This document shows, in pieces, positions 28,343 to 38,997 of a DNA stretch of 64,000 nucleotides. Under the pieces are notes generated by a model, which was not told where the DNA came from, made no database searches, and saw only the letters and a program-made list of their open reading frames with translations. Position 1 is the stretch's first letter, and each line of letters opens with the position of its first letter. A program made the position numbers and the translations under genes. The stretch is taken from positions 12,445 through 76,444 of IMG/VR virus record IMGVR_UViG_3300025871_000005; one strand, written 5' to 3'. The stretch is from a virus.

Positions 28343-28964
28343 CTTTTTCTTCTCCATCATTATCAATCAAATTCTGAATTGACTGTTCAATATTGAGCCC
28401 ATCAATTCCATCGCCTATTGTAATCCAATTTTTTCTTGTTCTTCTTGCAAAAAGTTCCAATTTATTATCATCTGGAAACATCAAATCTAAACGATCATGA
28501 AGTATGTTTGGTTTCACACTGTGTGCAACATTCAGATCAAAGCAGACAGATCTTTGTGATCTATTTTTCAACTTTTTTGTTGCAGACTTTCCTGCTGTTC
28601 CAATGAGAGCAATCTCATGTGATTGTCTAAACAATCTTCCCATTCCAACCCTCGTTATTGAATTTATATCATTCTCTGTCTTGAAACCCTTTTTCAATTT
28701 AATCCAAATGAATGTTTGCTTCATTTTGAAGCCCCAAGATTTCATCACCTGAAGTCCTGCCTCAATTTGAGAACTTGGTACCCAAAGTGCCAATACACAA
28801 CCTTTGGGATCAATGAGTTCTTTCACTGGCAATTGTTCAATCTCACTGAGTGACATTGTTCTGTATTGTGATCTTGCAGATCTCTTTGTTGCAATTTTCA
28901 TTCTCTGAAGTTTATCATCAAATGACCATGGCGGATCTGCAATTATGACACCAAACTTATCCAT
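28335..28964 (-). CDS. MT-A70-family N6-adenine methyltransferase
   Basis: IIADPPWSF, YRTMSL, LALWVP, HSVKP, KLELFARR. Confidence 0.9.
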   Translation of the reverse strand: MDKFGVIIADPPWSFDDKLQRMKIATKRSARSQYRTMSLSEIEQLPVKELIDPKGCVLALWVPSSQIEAGLQVMKSWGFKMKQTFIWIKLKKGFKTENDINSITRVGMGRLFRQSHEIALIGTAGKSATKKLKNRSQRSVCFDLNVAHSVKPNILHDRLDLMFPDDNKLELFARRTRKNWITIGDGIDGLNIEQSIQNLIDNDGEEKDV

Positions 28965-29580
28965 ACTTAATGTGCCTCATAATCATATCTGTTATTTCAT
29001 CTATTTGTAATCTGTTATCAATTTCCAACACATTCAGATCAGCATATTGTCCTGACAGGTTGTGTTCTGATGCCCATTTTGAATACAACTGTTTCACAGC
29101 GATCTGTAATAGATCATCATTTTCATAATCATCTGTCTCTCTACCAACATTGTATGTTTTGCCATTCAGAATGATCATTCTGTCATAACCAATCAACAAT
29201 TTTGCAAAAATTTTGCACATCCATACATTTGCGCCAGTTGCTGAACCATACACAATTGAACTCAATGACCATCGATCAAAAATGACATAATCATAAAACA
29301 ACAGAATGAATGGTAACCTTGTGATCTGAAACATTAAACGATTAATGAATTGAACAGTTTGAAAAAAGTTTGGAAACTTTTTTGCCATACCATTGTTCAA
29401 CATCCAATATATCAATTTGTAAGTAAAAATTGATGATTTGATTGGAACTTCAATCAATTTGACTTTACGACCTTGTGCTCTCAATCGTGATGTCAAATTT
29501 TCTGTTTGTGTCTGTTTTCCAGAACGATCTGGACCTTCGATGATTACAACTTTTGCTAAACTCATACTATTTACACTCAC
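28957..29580 (-). CDS. tmk: Thymidylate kinase
   Basis: EGPDRSGKQTQ, FINR, IFDRWSLSSIVYG. Confidence 0.85.
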   Translation of the reverse strand: MSVNSMSLAKVVIIEGPDRSGKQTQTENLTSRLRAQGRKVKLIEVPIKSSIFTYKLIYWMLNNGMAKKFPNFFQTVQFINRLMFQITRLPFILLFYDYVIFDRWSLSSIVYGSATGANVWMCKIFAKLLIGYDRMIILNGKTYNVGRETDDYENDDLLQIAVKQLYSKWASEHNLSGQYADLNVLEIDNRLQIDEITDMIMRHIKYG

Positions 29581-30439
29581 CTATCAATGTTTTTCTGTAC
29601 TGAACCCAACCCCTAAAATTTCCACTATACTTTGATTTCTTGTATTCGTCATTATACATTGGTCTTGCAATGTGTTCAAATGGTGACATATGTCCATCAC
29701 TCAACAATTTATCATGCAAATTTATATCAGCATTGTGATCTCTTTTTCCATCATGTGTAAGGTATGAAACCCTTGCACACCTACCAACTGAAATCTTCTT
29801 CAACAGTTCATTATCATACTGATAGACATCTTCATCAATCATTTTCATTGTCATATTGATATCATCATGATCAATCAATGGCATATGCCAATCATGTTCA
29901 TACATTGGCTTTGGTTCTGAACCATTGATAACAAATTTCATCATCTCAGCAATTTGTCTGATGTCAGGATGAGCTCCAGGATGACATCTCAATGCAAAAA
30001 AATTTGACCAATCTGTTGCACTGACAATGACTGTATGCCACATAAATGGTTCAAGAAGTCTGTTTGTTATCTGCTTATGAATGCCCAATTTCAACAAATT
30101 TTCAGCGCTGCTGATTGCATTATCTCTGGCTTTGAGCCAAACGTCCCGTGATTTCATCTGTTCATTCTGTTCAACAGTGAATTCGGCAGACATTCCTTTC
30201 TGATTTTTACCCCAATGACTTGGAATGTATGTGTTCTCTTTAACCAATTTCAACATTTTTTCAACAGGAATTGCTCTGCTTGATGCAGAATTTCTTGAAA
30301 ACATCCTGTGAGTATTGAATTCTGACAACACTATTCTTGGAAATGTAACTTCAAGCGTTGTCAATCTGTCATCATTTTCTGTTACACTGTCACACAATAT
30401 TTTTGCTGAGAATGTCATAATCTTATCCCTTGTGTTCAT
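29567..30439 (-). CDS. thyX: Flavin-dependent thymidylate synthase
   Basis: EFNTHRMFSRNSASSRAIP, RLLEPF, WSNFFALR, HMSPFEH. Confidence 0.85.
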   Translation of the reverse strand: MNTRDKIMTFSAKILCDSVTENDDRLTTLEVTFPRIVLSEFNTHRMFSRNSASSRAIPVEKMLKLVKENTYIPSHWGKNQKGMSAEFTVEQNEQMKSRDVWLKARDNAISSAENLLKLGIHKQITNRLLEPFMWHTVIVSATDWSNFFALRCHPGAHPDIRQIAEMMKFVINGSEPKPMYEHDWHMPLIDHDDINMTMKMIDEDVYQYDNELLKKISVGRCARVSYLTHDGKRDHNADINLHDKLLSDGHMSPFEHIARPMYNDEYKKSKYSGNFRGWVQYRKTLIGECK

Positions 30440-30466
30440 TAAACTGTTCTGAGTTGTCTCATCAAT

Positions 30467-33400
30467 TCATCCACATTTTGAATGACCACAATCCATGCAG
30501 GTCACACAACCTTGTTGATAATTCAAATTTTTTCCACCACAACTTGGGCATGTTTCTCTGGATGATGTTCCATCTTTGATGTAATTCTTTGAAAGAACTC
30601 TTGCGATGCAACTTGAGAAGGAAAATATGTCACTATGTTTATCTTTTCTCAGTTGTTCAACAATATGTTGAATTTTTACTCCATGTCTGAGTGAAAGACT
30701 GAGAGTTCTTGTGAATGCACCATGCATTGGGTTATCAAAAAGATTGACAATATCTTTGAACATGATGTGATCATCATCTCCAAATGGAATCTTCAAATTG
30801 TACGTTGCAAGCCCATCACTATTCTTTCCATTCTTAATGAGAATACCAGACTTCACCTTTTTTGGCACTTCAACATGTGCAGAAAGACCTGCAAATATTT
30901 CATATGGCTGTCCATTCAACAATCCAATCACAACAAGATAGCTCTCACCCTTAACATTCACTCTGTGAATATCGCATGGCAATTCCTTCTCTCTCTTTGG
31001 TGCAGGAGACATCAGAATATTCTTTGGTCTGTATTCAGGGTTCTTATTTATGAGTTCTTGAAACTTTAACTCAATGTCTTCTGGATTGCTTGAATTCACT
31101 GTCTTGGTGTCATCTGAAACCAATACACCACTCCTTGAACCTTCTCTGTAGATTGTTACACCTTTACAGCCAGTTTCCCAACCTTTCATATAGATCTGTT
31201 TAACCGTGTCAACAGAAACGTTTTCAGGAAGATTCACTGTGTTGCTTATTGCATGATCAACCCACTTCTGGGCTGCAGCTTGAAGTTCAATCTTTTTCAA
31301 CCAATCAATGTCATTGGCTGTTGCACCCCAATATGGTGACTTTTCAATGTCATCATCTGACAGTCCAGTTATCCTTTTCCATTCATTGAAACCATGATGA
31401 CTGACTGTGAATTCTTGCCATTTATCACCCATTGGATCAACATAATCAACAGGAGTATTTTCATCGCCAACATTGATCTTTTTTCTGCGCTTATATTGAA
31501 TTTTGAAAACCGGTTCACAACCAGATGTTGTTTGTGTCATAATTGAAACAGAACCTGCAGGAGCTGTTGTTAAAAGTGCAATGTTCCTTCTGCCCGCAAT
31601 TGACATCAATTTTCTGATATCCTCTTCATCTTTTACCTGATTCAGGAATTCATTATCTTTTTCAAGATTTTCATCATAGACAGGAAATGCACCACGTTCT
31701 TGTGCCATAATACAAGAAGATTTGTAAGCACTGACACAATGATTTCTGTACACTTCACTTGTGAAATTAATTGATTGGTCAGAACCATATTTCATTCCCA
31801 ACTCGGCAATTGCATCACCCAATGCTGTTATACCCAAACCGGTTCGACGACCATTTTGAGCCTTTGTTTTTATTCGCTTCCAAAGATTGAATTCTCTTGC
31901 TTTAACATCTTCTGGTTCTTTATCGTTCTCAATTTTGTTGATGATTTTATCAACTGCTTCCAATTCAAGATCAACAAGATCATCCATTAAACGTTGTGCT
32001 TTCATGACAACATTTCTGTAACGATCATGATTGAATTTTGCATTTTCTGTGAAACGGTTTTCAACAAAATTGTGCAAATTCACCAATAATAACCTGCATG
32101 AATCTTCAGGACAATTTGGTAATTCACCACATTGTTTGTTGTTTATCATCAATTTTTGACCATTTTCATTCCAACCACCAACATAGAAATTGTGTACATC
32201 ATCAACAGTTCCATTGTATACGTCTTCATGCCCAACAAACCTGATATCAACAATTTTTATAGCAAAATTTGATTGCAAAATAATTTTTTCACACTTATTA
32301 TCTATTTTTTGTGCACAATCTTGACAAAATGAAATTTCTCTATTTGAATATGGTACCCAAAATTCATTACCACAATGTTCACAAATTTTCTTTACATACA
32401 ATATTCCATCAATATTTTTGAATTCATAATGTTGAATAAACAATTCAGTATTATGTTGTTGTACTTCAATGTAGAGTGCATCACCAACTGATAAATCACA
32501 AATTTCTTTATATTCGCCTTTGATTGTCATAAATTTGTGGTTTTTTGTTGCACGAATTTTATGACCATTTTCTAATGTTAATTCATATATTGGTTCATTT
32601 TTTCCAGTTAATCTTGGATTTCTCATTGTTTTTACAACAATTTTTCCATTTTCATCCAATGCGTAAACCAATACATCTAAACCTTCTTTTGCCAATTGAC
32701 CAATTTCAACAAATTCTCTGCCATCTGCAACTGCAACCATTGTATCTGCAGTTAAACATGGGTTTGTTGATGTTGTTTTAAACCCATATGACGCATAACT
32801 GTCAGCAGGTGAACGTCTAATCATTGTGTCCCAAAATAGCAAACCTGGTTCTGCACTCTGATGAGCTGCTTCAATGATCTCATTCCACAATTGTTTTGCT
32901 TCAACCCAATCTTCAACCAATGCTGGTTCAGATTTGTCAACAGGAAATCTCAACTTAAATTTGAGATCATTTTTGACAGCAAGCATAAATTCATCTGATA
33001 ATCTAATTGATATGTTTGCACCGGTTACTTTTTTGAGATCCTTTTTTATGTTCAAAAATGTTCTTATTTCTGGGTGATTAATTGAAAGACTCAGCATGAG
33101 GGCACCCCTGCGTCCTCCTTGCGCAACTTCTCGACAGGTATTGCTGAAACGTTCCATAAAAACACCAATGCCATCGGTTGTTTTTGCAGCATTTGTTGTC
33201 ACCAAACCTTTTGGTCTTATTGTTGAAATGTCAAATCCAACGCCCCCACGACGTTTCATGATTTGTGCCTGTTCCTCGTCTGTTTTCAGAATTCCACCAT
33301 AACTGTCATGAGGTGATTCAATCACAAAACAGTTTGATAATGATTGCAATTGATATGGATTTCCAATTGCAGACATAGGTGATCCCTGTGGAACAACATC

Positions 33401-33634
33401 CCAATTTGATAAGAGTTGATATATTTCATCATATTGCATAGGATTTGGATATTTGTTCTCAATCCTTGCAAATTCTGTTGCAAGTCTTTTGTGCATCTCT
33501 GCTGGTGATGCTTCATAAATTGTGCCTTCAGCATCTTTCAATGCATATTTTGAAACAAAAACTCCTGCAGCCAAATCATCACCATCAAAATAATCCTTAG
33601 AAATTTTGAGTGCATCATCCCTATTGTATGTCAT
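30467..33634 (-). CDS. nrdJ: Class II (B12-dependent) ribonucleotide reductase with intein and C-terminal Zn ribbon
   Basis: SLSNCFV, GGVG, RRGA, TNP-intein-CGE, RRTGLG, APAGS, SGCEP, WVDHAISNTVNL, YREGSR. Confidence 0.93.
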   Translation of the reverse strand: MTYNRDDALKISKDYFDGDDLAAGVFVSKYALKDAEGTIYEASPAEMHKRLATEFARIENKYPNPMQYDEIYQLLSNWDVVPQGSPMSAIGNPYQLQSLSNCFVIESPHDSYGGILKTDEEQAQIMKRRGGVGFDISTIRPKGLVTTNAAKTTDGIGVFMERFSNTCREVAQGGRRGALMLSLSINHPEIRTFLNIKKDLKKVTGANISIRLSDEFMLAVKNDLKFKLRFPVDKSEPALVEDWVEAKQLWNEIIEAAHQSAEPGLLFWDTMIRRSPADSYASYGFKTTSTNPCLTADTMVAVADGREFVEIGQLAKEGLDVLVYALDENGKIVVKTMRNPRLTGKNEPIYELTLENGHKIRATKNHKFMTIKGEYKEICDLSVGDALYIEVQQHNTELFIQHYEFKNIDGILYVKKICEHCGNEFWVPYSNREISFCQDCAQKIDNKCEKIILQSNFAIKIVDIRFVGHEDVYNGTVDDVHNFYVGGWNENGQKLMINNKQCGELPNCPEDSCRLLLVNLHNFVENRFTENAKFNHDRYRNVVMKAQRLMDDLVDLELEAVDKIINKIENDKEPEDVKAREFNLWKRIKTKAQNGRRTGLGITALGDAIAELGMKYGSDQSINFTSEVYRNHCVSAYKSSCIMAQERGAFPVYDENLEKDNEFLNQVKDEEDIRKLMSIAGRRNIALLTTAPAGSVSIMTQTTSGCEPVFKIQYKRRKKINVGDENTPVDYVDPMGDKWQEFTVSHHGFNEWKRITGLSDDDIEKSPYWGATANDIDWLKKIELQAAAQKWVDHAISNTVNLPENVSVDTVKQIYMKGWETGCKGVTIYREGSRSGVLVSDDTKTVNSSNPEDIELKFQELINKNPEYRPKNILMSPAPKREKELPCDIHRVNVKGESYLVVIGLLNGQPYEIFAGLSAHVEVPKKVKSGILIKNGKNSDGLATYNLKIPFGDDDHIMFKDIVNLFDNPMHGAFTRTLSLSLRHGVKIQHIVEQLRKDKHSDIFSFSSCIARVLSKNYIKDGTSSRETCPSCGGKNLNYQQGCVTCMDCGHSKCG
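32132..32758 (-). mobile_element. 209-aa contiguous mini-intein ending in Gln, with a Zn-finger remnant
   Basis: CLTADT...ATKNH...VYNGTVDDVHNFY...NNKQ followed by CGE; internal CEHC..CQDC. Confidence 0.88.
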
Positions 33635-33683
33635 ATTTTCTACCTACGTCTGAACTCTCATTAACTATAACAGTTTGATATCA

Positions 33684-35102
33684 TCACAATTCTTGTTCTT
33701 CATTACGTTTTATTGGTGATTGCAGATTGAGGTTCTTTTCCTTCTGAAGTTCCTGCCATTTTTCTCTTATTGCTTTTTTTGTTGAACTATTCTCATTGTC
33801 TGGACCAAAAGATTCATTCTCTCCAACAATTTCAAATTTGCTCCTTGCGGTGTCTATCTTTATTGGAAAGAGTAAACCATCTCTTCCAGCTCTGTTCTTT
33901 GCAACAAAGAGTCGACCCCATCCGGTTGCTTTTTCATGTGATCTTCTTGAAATTGAAACAATGATGTCAGCAGTCATTGCTTTACCATAAGCTTCACTCA
34001 TGTTTGTGAGATCAATAACATCACTGTCTGCACCCTCCTTGTTTGATTGGGATGCTGTCCAGACAGGAATTTTCAATTCTGTTGCCAATCCTCTCAATTC
34101 TTCATAAATCAATTTCAATTCATGTCTGAGACTGTCATATTGTCTTGTTGATCTCATAATGTCAGCATAATCAATAATGATCATATCTGGTCTAAAACCT
34201 TTTGTTGCCAACCTCTCAATGTGAGCTCTCAATGTATAGATTGTTGCTGTGCCAGTTGGAAACTCTTTTATGATCAGCTTTCCAAGCTTCATATCTTTGT
34301 ACTTTTCAAGAACACTGTCCTTTTCATCAATGACAGTGTTGCTATCCATATCACAAAGATTTGAATCATATCTGATACCAATTGCAGTTTCTGAGAGCTC
34401 AAATGTGTAGTGCAAAACATTCTTTCCAAGCCTCAAAGCAACTGCACCCTTATTGATCAAAAAATGCGATTTTCCTGACCCTGTGTTCCCGATGACAACA
34501 CACAATTCACCTGCTCCTGCACCACCCTGAAATATTTCTTTCTTATCAAGTTGAGGAAAACCAGTTGGGATTGCATTCCTTGCAAGTCTTATGAATCTTG
34601 CTTCATAATCTTCAAAAAAATCATGTCCAAGAGATGGTGTTGTGCCAACCATCACAGCCTTCTTGATACCATCAACTATCTGTTCATACTTCTCTGTTTG
34701 CATCTGATCAACTGCATTTGATAATGCAGCTTTCAGAGCCTGCTTTCTGCAAAAATCAAGAGATTTTTCTTTAACATAATTCAGATCGCCAATGTCCGGA
34801 TTTGTTCTGATACGTTGCAGATATTCAATGATCTGATCTCTCAACACAATATCATTTCCGGTTTTCAATTCGTCCCTAATGATTGTTATCAGCAATTGCA
34901 ATGTTGGGAACACTTTATACTTTTTTGCATAAGCAAAATACTTTTCTGCCAAAAATTGAAGATATTTCAGATCAAAATATTGACTATTGAATGCTTCCAA
35001 CATCTGTTCAGCAAATTGCCTATCATTCAATAATGCTTGTATCAATTTCTCCTGAAAAGATTTACCAAATTCACCAAGTGTAGTTACATTGTTCATAATC
35101 AA
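33684..35102 (-). CDS. dnaB: Replicative DnaB/gp41-like helicase
   Basis: GNTGSGKS, IIIDYAD, WTASQSN, KNRAG. Confidence 0.92.
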   Translation of the reverse strand: MIMNNVTTLGEFGKSFQEKLIQALLNDRQFAEQMLEAFNSQYFDLKYLQFLAEKYFAYAKKYKVFPTLQLLITIIRDELKTGNDIVLRDQIIEYLQRIRTNPDIGDLNYVKEKSLDFCRKQALKAALSNAVDQMQTEKYEQIVDGIKKAVMVGTTPSLGHDFFEDYEARFIRLARNAIPTGFPQLDKKEIFQGGAGAGELCVVIGNTGSGKSHFLINKGAVALRLGKNVLHYTFELSETAIGIRYDSNLCDMDSNTVIDEKDSVLEKYKDMKLGKLIIKEFPTGTATIYTLRAHIERLATKGFRPDMIIIDYADIMRSTRQYDSLRHELKLIYEELRGLATELKIPVWTASQSNKEGADSDVIDLTNMSEAYGKAMTADIIVSISRRSHEKATGWGRLFVAKNRAGRDGLLFPIKIDTARSKFEIVGENESFGPDNENSSTKKAIREKWQELQKEKNLNLQSPIKRNEEQEL

Positions 35103-36094
35103 AACTTTATGCCTTCAACACTGTTGAAAGGACTGAAGAAAAATTGAACATCAAAATCACTCAGACCTTCATCAATCAACATTTTTGTAAAGTTGACTTT
35201 ATCAACCTTTGGTTTGAATGTACTCACTGTTGTGTCAACTTTGCTCATCTGCACAGATGAGAGCATACCGCCAGACAGGTTTATGATATCCCAATTCCTT
35301 TCAATCAGTTTTCGTTCTTCAAGTATCTTTTTGAAAAACCTTCCTTCATCAATATGCGTATGACAATAGTCAAACACATCACTCAACAACACATTATCAG
35401 TTCCCAAAAATGGGAACAGTTTTGGGACAGTTTTGAAACCCAAACCTTCAACACCTGGGATGTTATCACTCTTATCACCAACAAGACATTTTGTTATCCC
35501 AAAATTTGTTGACAGCACTCTGAATTCACTCAGTACGCTCTCCTTCGTATTGTACGTTTTCTTGTGTAAATTGTAAAGTTTTGTTCTGTCATCCAACAAT
35601 TGATACAGATCTTTGTCTGATGACACAATGACCTTTTGTCTGTTAGGAAATGTATATCTGCAAAGGTATGCAATCACATCATCTCCTTCACAATCTTTCA
35701 CATAAATTTGACAAGCAGGAGCATACCTGAGAAGTTTTATGAGCAGAATATTCTGTTTCATCCTGTTGTCATCACTCTCAGGTATGTCATCTTCATAATA
35801 TCTGTTCAAAATGTCAGCAGGCTTTCTGTTCATCTTGTACTCTTTGAACAATTTTCTGCGCTTCTTTGAACCACCTGCTTCCCAAGCTATGTAAACACCA
35901 ATTGGTTGAATTTCATGCACCAATCTTGACAAGATTTTCATAAATCCAACAACACCACCCATCTGCTCGCCATGCACATTCATGCTTGGGTATGCACAAA
36001 ATGCTCTGATGAAAGCATTCATTCCATCAACTATCAATATTGGACGTTCATTCAAAATTGGTGCATTCATTTCAATTCTTTCCTGTGCTTCCAA
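35099..36094 (-). CDS. 5'-3' exonuclease (PolI N-terminal/T4 RNase H-like)
   Basis: LIVDGMN, CEGDDVIA, SSDKDLYQL, GDKSDNIPGV. Confidence 0.9.
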   Translation of the reverse strand: MEAQERIEMNAPILNERPILIVDGMNAFIRAFCAYPSMNVHGEQMGGVVGFMKILSRLVHEIQPIGVYIAWEAGGSKKRRKLFKEYKMNRKPADILNRYYEDDIPESDDNRMKQNILLIKLLRYAPACQIYVKDCEGDDVIAYLCRYTFPNRQKVIVSSDKDLYQLLDDRTKLYNLHKKTYNTKESVLSEFRVLSTNFGITKCLVGDKSDNIPGVEGLGFKTVPKLFPFLGTDNVLLSDVFDYCHTHIDEGRFFKKILEERKLIERNWDIINLSGGMLSSVQMSKVDTTVSTFKPKVDKVNFTKMLIDEGLSDFDVQFFFSPFNSVEGIKF

Positions 36095-36506
36095 ATCCTG
36101 CTGCAGCCCTGTCTGTCTGTGTTAATGTTTCATGTTCACTGAACACTGCCTGATAAACTTTTGACAAAACCATTTGAGCTACTCTGTCGCCTTTTCTAAC
36201 ATTAAATGGGGTCATTGTATGATTAATCAGGATTATTCCCACGTTTCCTCTATAGTCACTGTCAATTGTGCCAGGAGAATTGAGAACAGTTATCCCAGAT
36301 TTGAGCGCAAGACCAGATCTTGGTCGGATCTGAATTTCATATCCTTCAGGAATTTCAACTGAAATGTCTGTTTTTACCAATTTTATTCCCATTGGAACAA
36401 TGACAACATCCTCAGCTGCATACAGATCTGCTCCTGCAGCTCCTGAGGTTGCATACTCTGGAATTGTTGCATTGTCGCTCAATTTTTTGATTTTTATGTC
36501 AATCAT
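36072..36506 (-). CDS. dut: Trimeric dUTPase
   Basis: AAGADL, RPRSGLA, GTIDSDYRG, GDRVAQ, GFGSTG. Confidence 0.95.
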   Translation of the reverse strand: MIDIKIKKLSDNATIPEYATSGAAGADLYAAEDVVIVPMGIKLVKTDISVEIPEGYEIQIRPRSGLALKSGITVLNSPGTIDSDYRGNVGIILINHTMTPFNVRKGDRVAQMVLSKVYQAVFSEHETLTQTDRAAAGFGSTGKN

Positions 36507-37695
36507 CTGACACATCCTCATCTCCATCATCCTGTGGTTCATCTGATGCAGTTGAAGCCTCAAGATCAAAAATCAGGGCTTTTTCTGCCAACAGATCAAT
36601 GAATGGTTTATATTGTTCATCCTTCATCAATGATCCAAATTCTGCCTTATAAAATTTCTTTTCAACAAGAACTTCGCCAGTTGTTATGTCAGTTACCATA
36701 AGAGTTTTCCACGCGCCGGAGCCTGTCAATTGAATCTTTTTGTCACCAATTATTGCTCCTCCTTTGTCATCACTCCAAGAACGCAATTCATCAAAAAGGA
36801 ATTCATCCTCGACAATTCCTTTTCCAAAAAGAATATCAAATTCACACTTTCTGAATGGTGGTGCAACCTTATTCTTTTTCAGCGTAGCATTGACGTGAAT
36901 TCCTATTACATTTCCATCTTTATCCTTCACTGGAGCACCTGAACCTAAACGAATTCTGATACTCGCGTGAAATGGTATGCCTTTTCCCCCTGGACTTATC
37001 AAATTGTCAGCATGAGGTGGACCACCCATCTTCTCTCTCAGCTGATTGAGACACAAAAGAGTTACATTATTCTGTCCAATGACACCTGTTATTTTTCTCA
37101 TTCCTTTGCTAATAACCCTTGCTTGCAAACCCATTGTGTTGTCTTCATATTCACCTTCAAGTTCTGCTTTTGGCGAAGTTGCTGCAACGCTGTCCCAAAT
37201 AACAAGAATTGGAACATCCTTCTTTTGCAAGAGCGCTTTTGCCTTCAATACAGTTGCTTCAATAACTGAAAAAACTTCTTCTGTACAGTGTGTATCAACA
37301 TACACAAAACCTTTCTGCACATTGATACCAACATGTTTCAATTTTTCAATTGGAGTTGCGTTCTCTGTATCAACATACACGACCAATCCACCCAATCTTT
37401 GTGTGACAGCTGCGGCATGATATGCAAGGTGTGATTTGCCACTTGATGGTAATCCAGTAATTTCAATAATTCTTCCTTCTGGATAACCACCACCAGATCT
37501 GTTTGCAATTGCGTAATCAAGCAATTTTGATCCAGTTGATATCCAACGTTTCACAACAGTTGGTGCTTCATCATGTGCCAAATTGTATGCAACTCTTTGA
37601 CCAAATTCCTTATTGATATCACTGATCAAACTTGATGTTAAATCATCAATTCCATCATCAACATCAACTACGACATTCTTTTTCTGTTTTGCCAT
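36499..37695 (-). CDS. recA: RecA/UvsX recombinase
   Basis: GRIIEITGLPSSGKS, IWDSVAA, NQLR, PGGKGIPFHASIRI. Confidence 0.93.
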   Translation of the reverse strand: MAKQKKNVVVDVDDGIDDLTSSLISDINKEFGQRVAYNLAHDEAPTVVKRWISTGSKLLDYAIANRSGGGYPEGRIIEITGLPSSGKSHLAYHAAAVTQRLGGLVVYVDTENATPIEKLKHVGINVQKGFVYVDTHCTEEVFSVIEATVLKAKALLQKKDVPILVIWDSVAATSPKAELEGEYEDNTMGLQARVISKGMRKITGVIGQNNVTLLCLNQLREKMGGPPHADNLISPGGKGIPFHASIRIRLGSGAPVKDKDGNVIGIHVNATLKKNKVAPPFRKCEFDILFGKGIVEDEFLFDELRSWSDDKGGAIIGDKKIQLTGSGAWKTLMVTDITTGEVLVEKKFYKAEFGSLMKDEQYKPFIDLLAEKALIFDLEASTASDEPQDDGDEDVSDD

Positions 37696-37719
37696 ATTCC
37701 TTTTCCTCTAAATTTTGAT

Positions 37720-37756
37720 AAAAATCTTGCCAAGACCAAATTGACCTTGGCAAGAT
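37720..37756 (-). terminator. Rho-independent terminator after ssb
   Basis: 11-bp inverted repeat atcttgccaag/cttggcaagat followed by a T run on the minus strand. Confidence 0.7.
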
Positions 37757-37781
37757 AAGTTCATTCTATTTTAAGACCCGT

Positions 37782-38657
37782 TCAGTTCTCTTCTGCCATC
37801 AAATCATTGAAAACATCATCAAGTGATTGTCCTGTCGCAGGAGACAAATCTTCATCATCAGTTTGTTTCTTCTGCTTTTTGGTAACCTTTTCTGATTGTA
37901 CATTTGGTTCTTTTTTCTCCACTTGTTTCAGATCATTCACCAACTTTTCAGTAACGTCAGAACCACCAGATTTTTGTGTTCCCTCAGTCATATCATTTGA
38001 TGTACCACCATTAATCCAATTGTTCAACAAACTTTCTATTTCATGATATGATTTTTCTTTGTACATATCATTCAAGTTTGGAATATTGTTAATCCATTTT
38101 TGGGCTTCATTCTGATCAGCTGACAATTTTGAAGATTTTCTTGCTGGATCAACTGATGTGTCATTGAAATCTTTTCCCTGAACTTTTGAAATTGTGATCT
38201 TAAGATCAAGACCATCTTCTACATCAGTAAAATCACCTACCTCATCATCAAGAAAGAAACTCAACAATCTTTGATGAACAGTCTTTCCAAATGCCCATAT
38301 TTGTACACCTTTATCCTCTTCACCCCTGACAATGATTGGCGCATATGATCTTGTCTTTGGAAGAAGCTTCTTTGCAGTTAAACGATCCTCAGCCTTTCCA
38401 GATGAATACAATTTTCTCAACAACTCATTTATTGGATCAGGTTTACCAAATTGTGAAGGTGCAAGAAATCCTTGATTTCCTTCAATGTAATAGAATTGTC
38501 TATCGTGAAATGGCTCACCATCCTTTGCGTCAGGCCATGGAAGAACCCTAATTTTATGTTCACCAAGTTTAGGTTTCCATTGTTGGATGGATGACTGTCG
38601 TTTTTCTCCATTCAATTCTGCCATCTTACGCTTAATTGCTTCAATATCAATACCCAT
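37782..38657 (-). CDS. ssb: Single-stranded DNA-binding protein (T4 gp32-like)
   Basis: KIRVLPW, YAPIIVRG, IWAFG, DGLDLKI; acidic C-tail; start ATG 38657 after an A/G-rich RBS. Confidence 0.8.
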   Translation of the reverse strand: MGIDIEAIKRKMAELNGEKRQSSIQQWKPKLGEHKIRVLPWPDAKDGEPFHDRQFYYIEGNQGFLAPSQFGKPDPINELLRKLYSSGKAEDRLTAKKLLPKTRSYAPIIVRGEEDKGVQIWAFGKTVHQRLLSFFLDDEVGDFTDVEDGLDLKITISKVQGKDFNDTSVDPARKSSKLSADQNEAQKWINNIPNLNDMYKEKSYHEIESLLNNWINGGTSNDMTEGTQKSGGSDVTEKLVNDLKQVEKKEPNVQSEKVTKKQKKQTDDEDLSPATGQSLDDVFNDLMAEEN

Positions 38658-38719
38658 ATATTTTTCCTTTTTCCTTTTACCCATCAAGTCACATCTGCAA
38701 CACAACTGATAGTATTGCA

Positions 38720-38748
38720 ATTGTAACAAAATTTTGTCCACTGTTCAA
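38720..38748 (-). promoter_or_regulatory. Sigma70-like promoter upstream of ssb
   Basis: TTGAAC-N17-TACAAT with TGn extended -10. Confidence 0.45.
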
Positions 38749-38757
38749 AGTGAATAA

Positions 38758-38997
38758 TCACTTTCCAATTTTTGATTTTCTGATCTTCTTATATCCAAGA
38801 AGATCTTGTCCTGACATTCCAAGAGGCGCTGTAAAACCAGCAATTGCTCCTGCGCCAGAAAATTCATCCAATGTATCCTCTTCACCCTGAACCTCATGTT
38901 TTTCAAGCTCAGATAAACATTCTTTCACAAATTGTTGCCATTTCTGTTTACTTGAAAACATACCAATAAATATCAATTTATACAACTTGATGATCAA
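38758..38997 (-). CDS. Small hypothetical protein
   Basis: LDEFSGAGAIAGFTAPLG segment; LxE motifs. Confidence 0.5.
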   Translation of the reverse strand: MIIKLYKLIFIGMFSSKQKWQQFVKECLSELEKHEVQGEEDTLDEFSGAGAIAGFTAPLGMSGQDLLGYKKIRKSKIGK

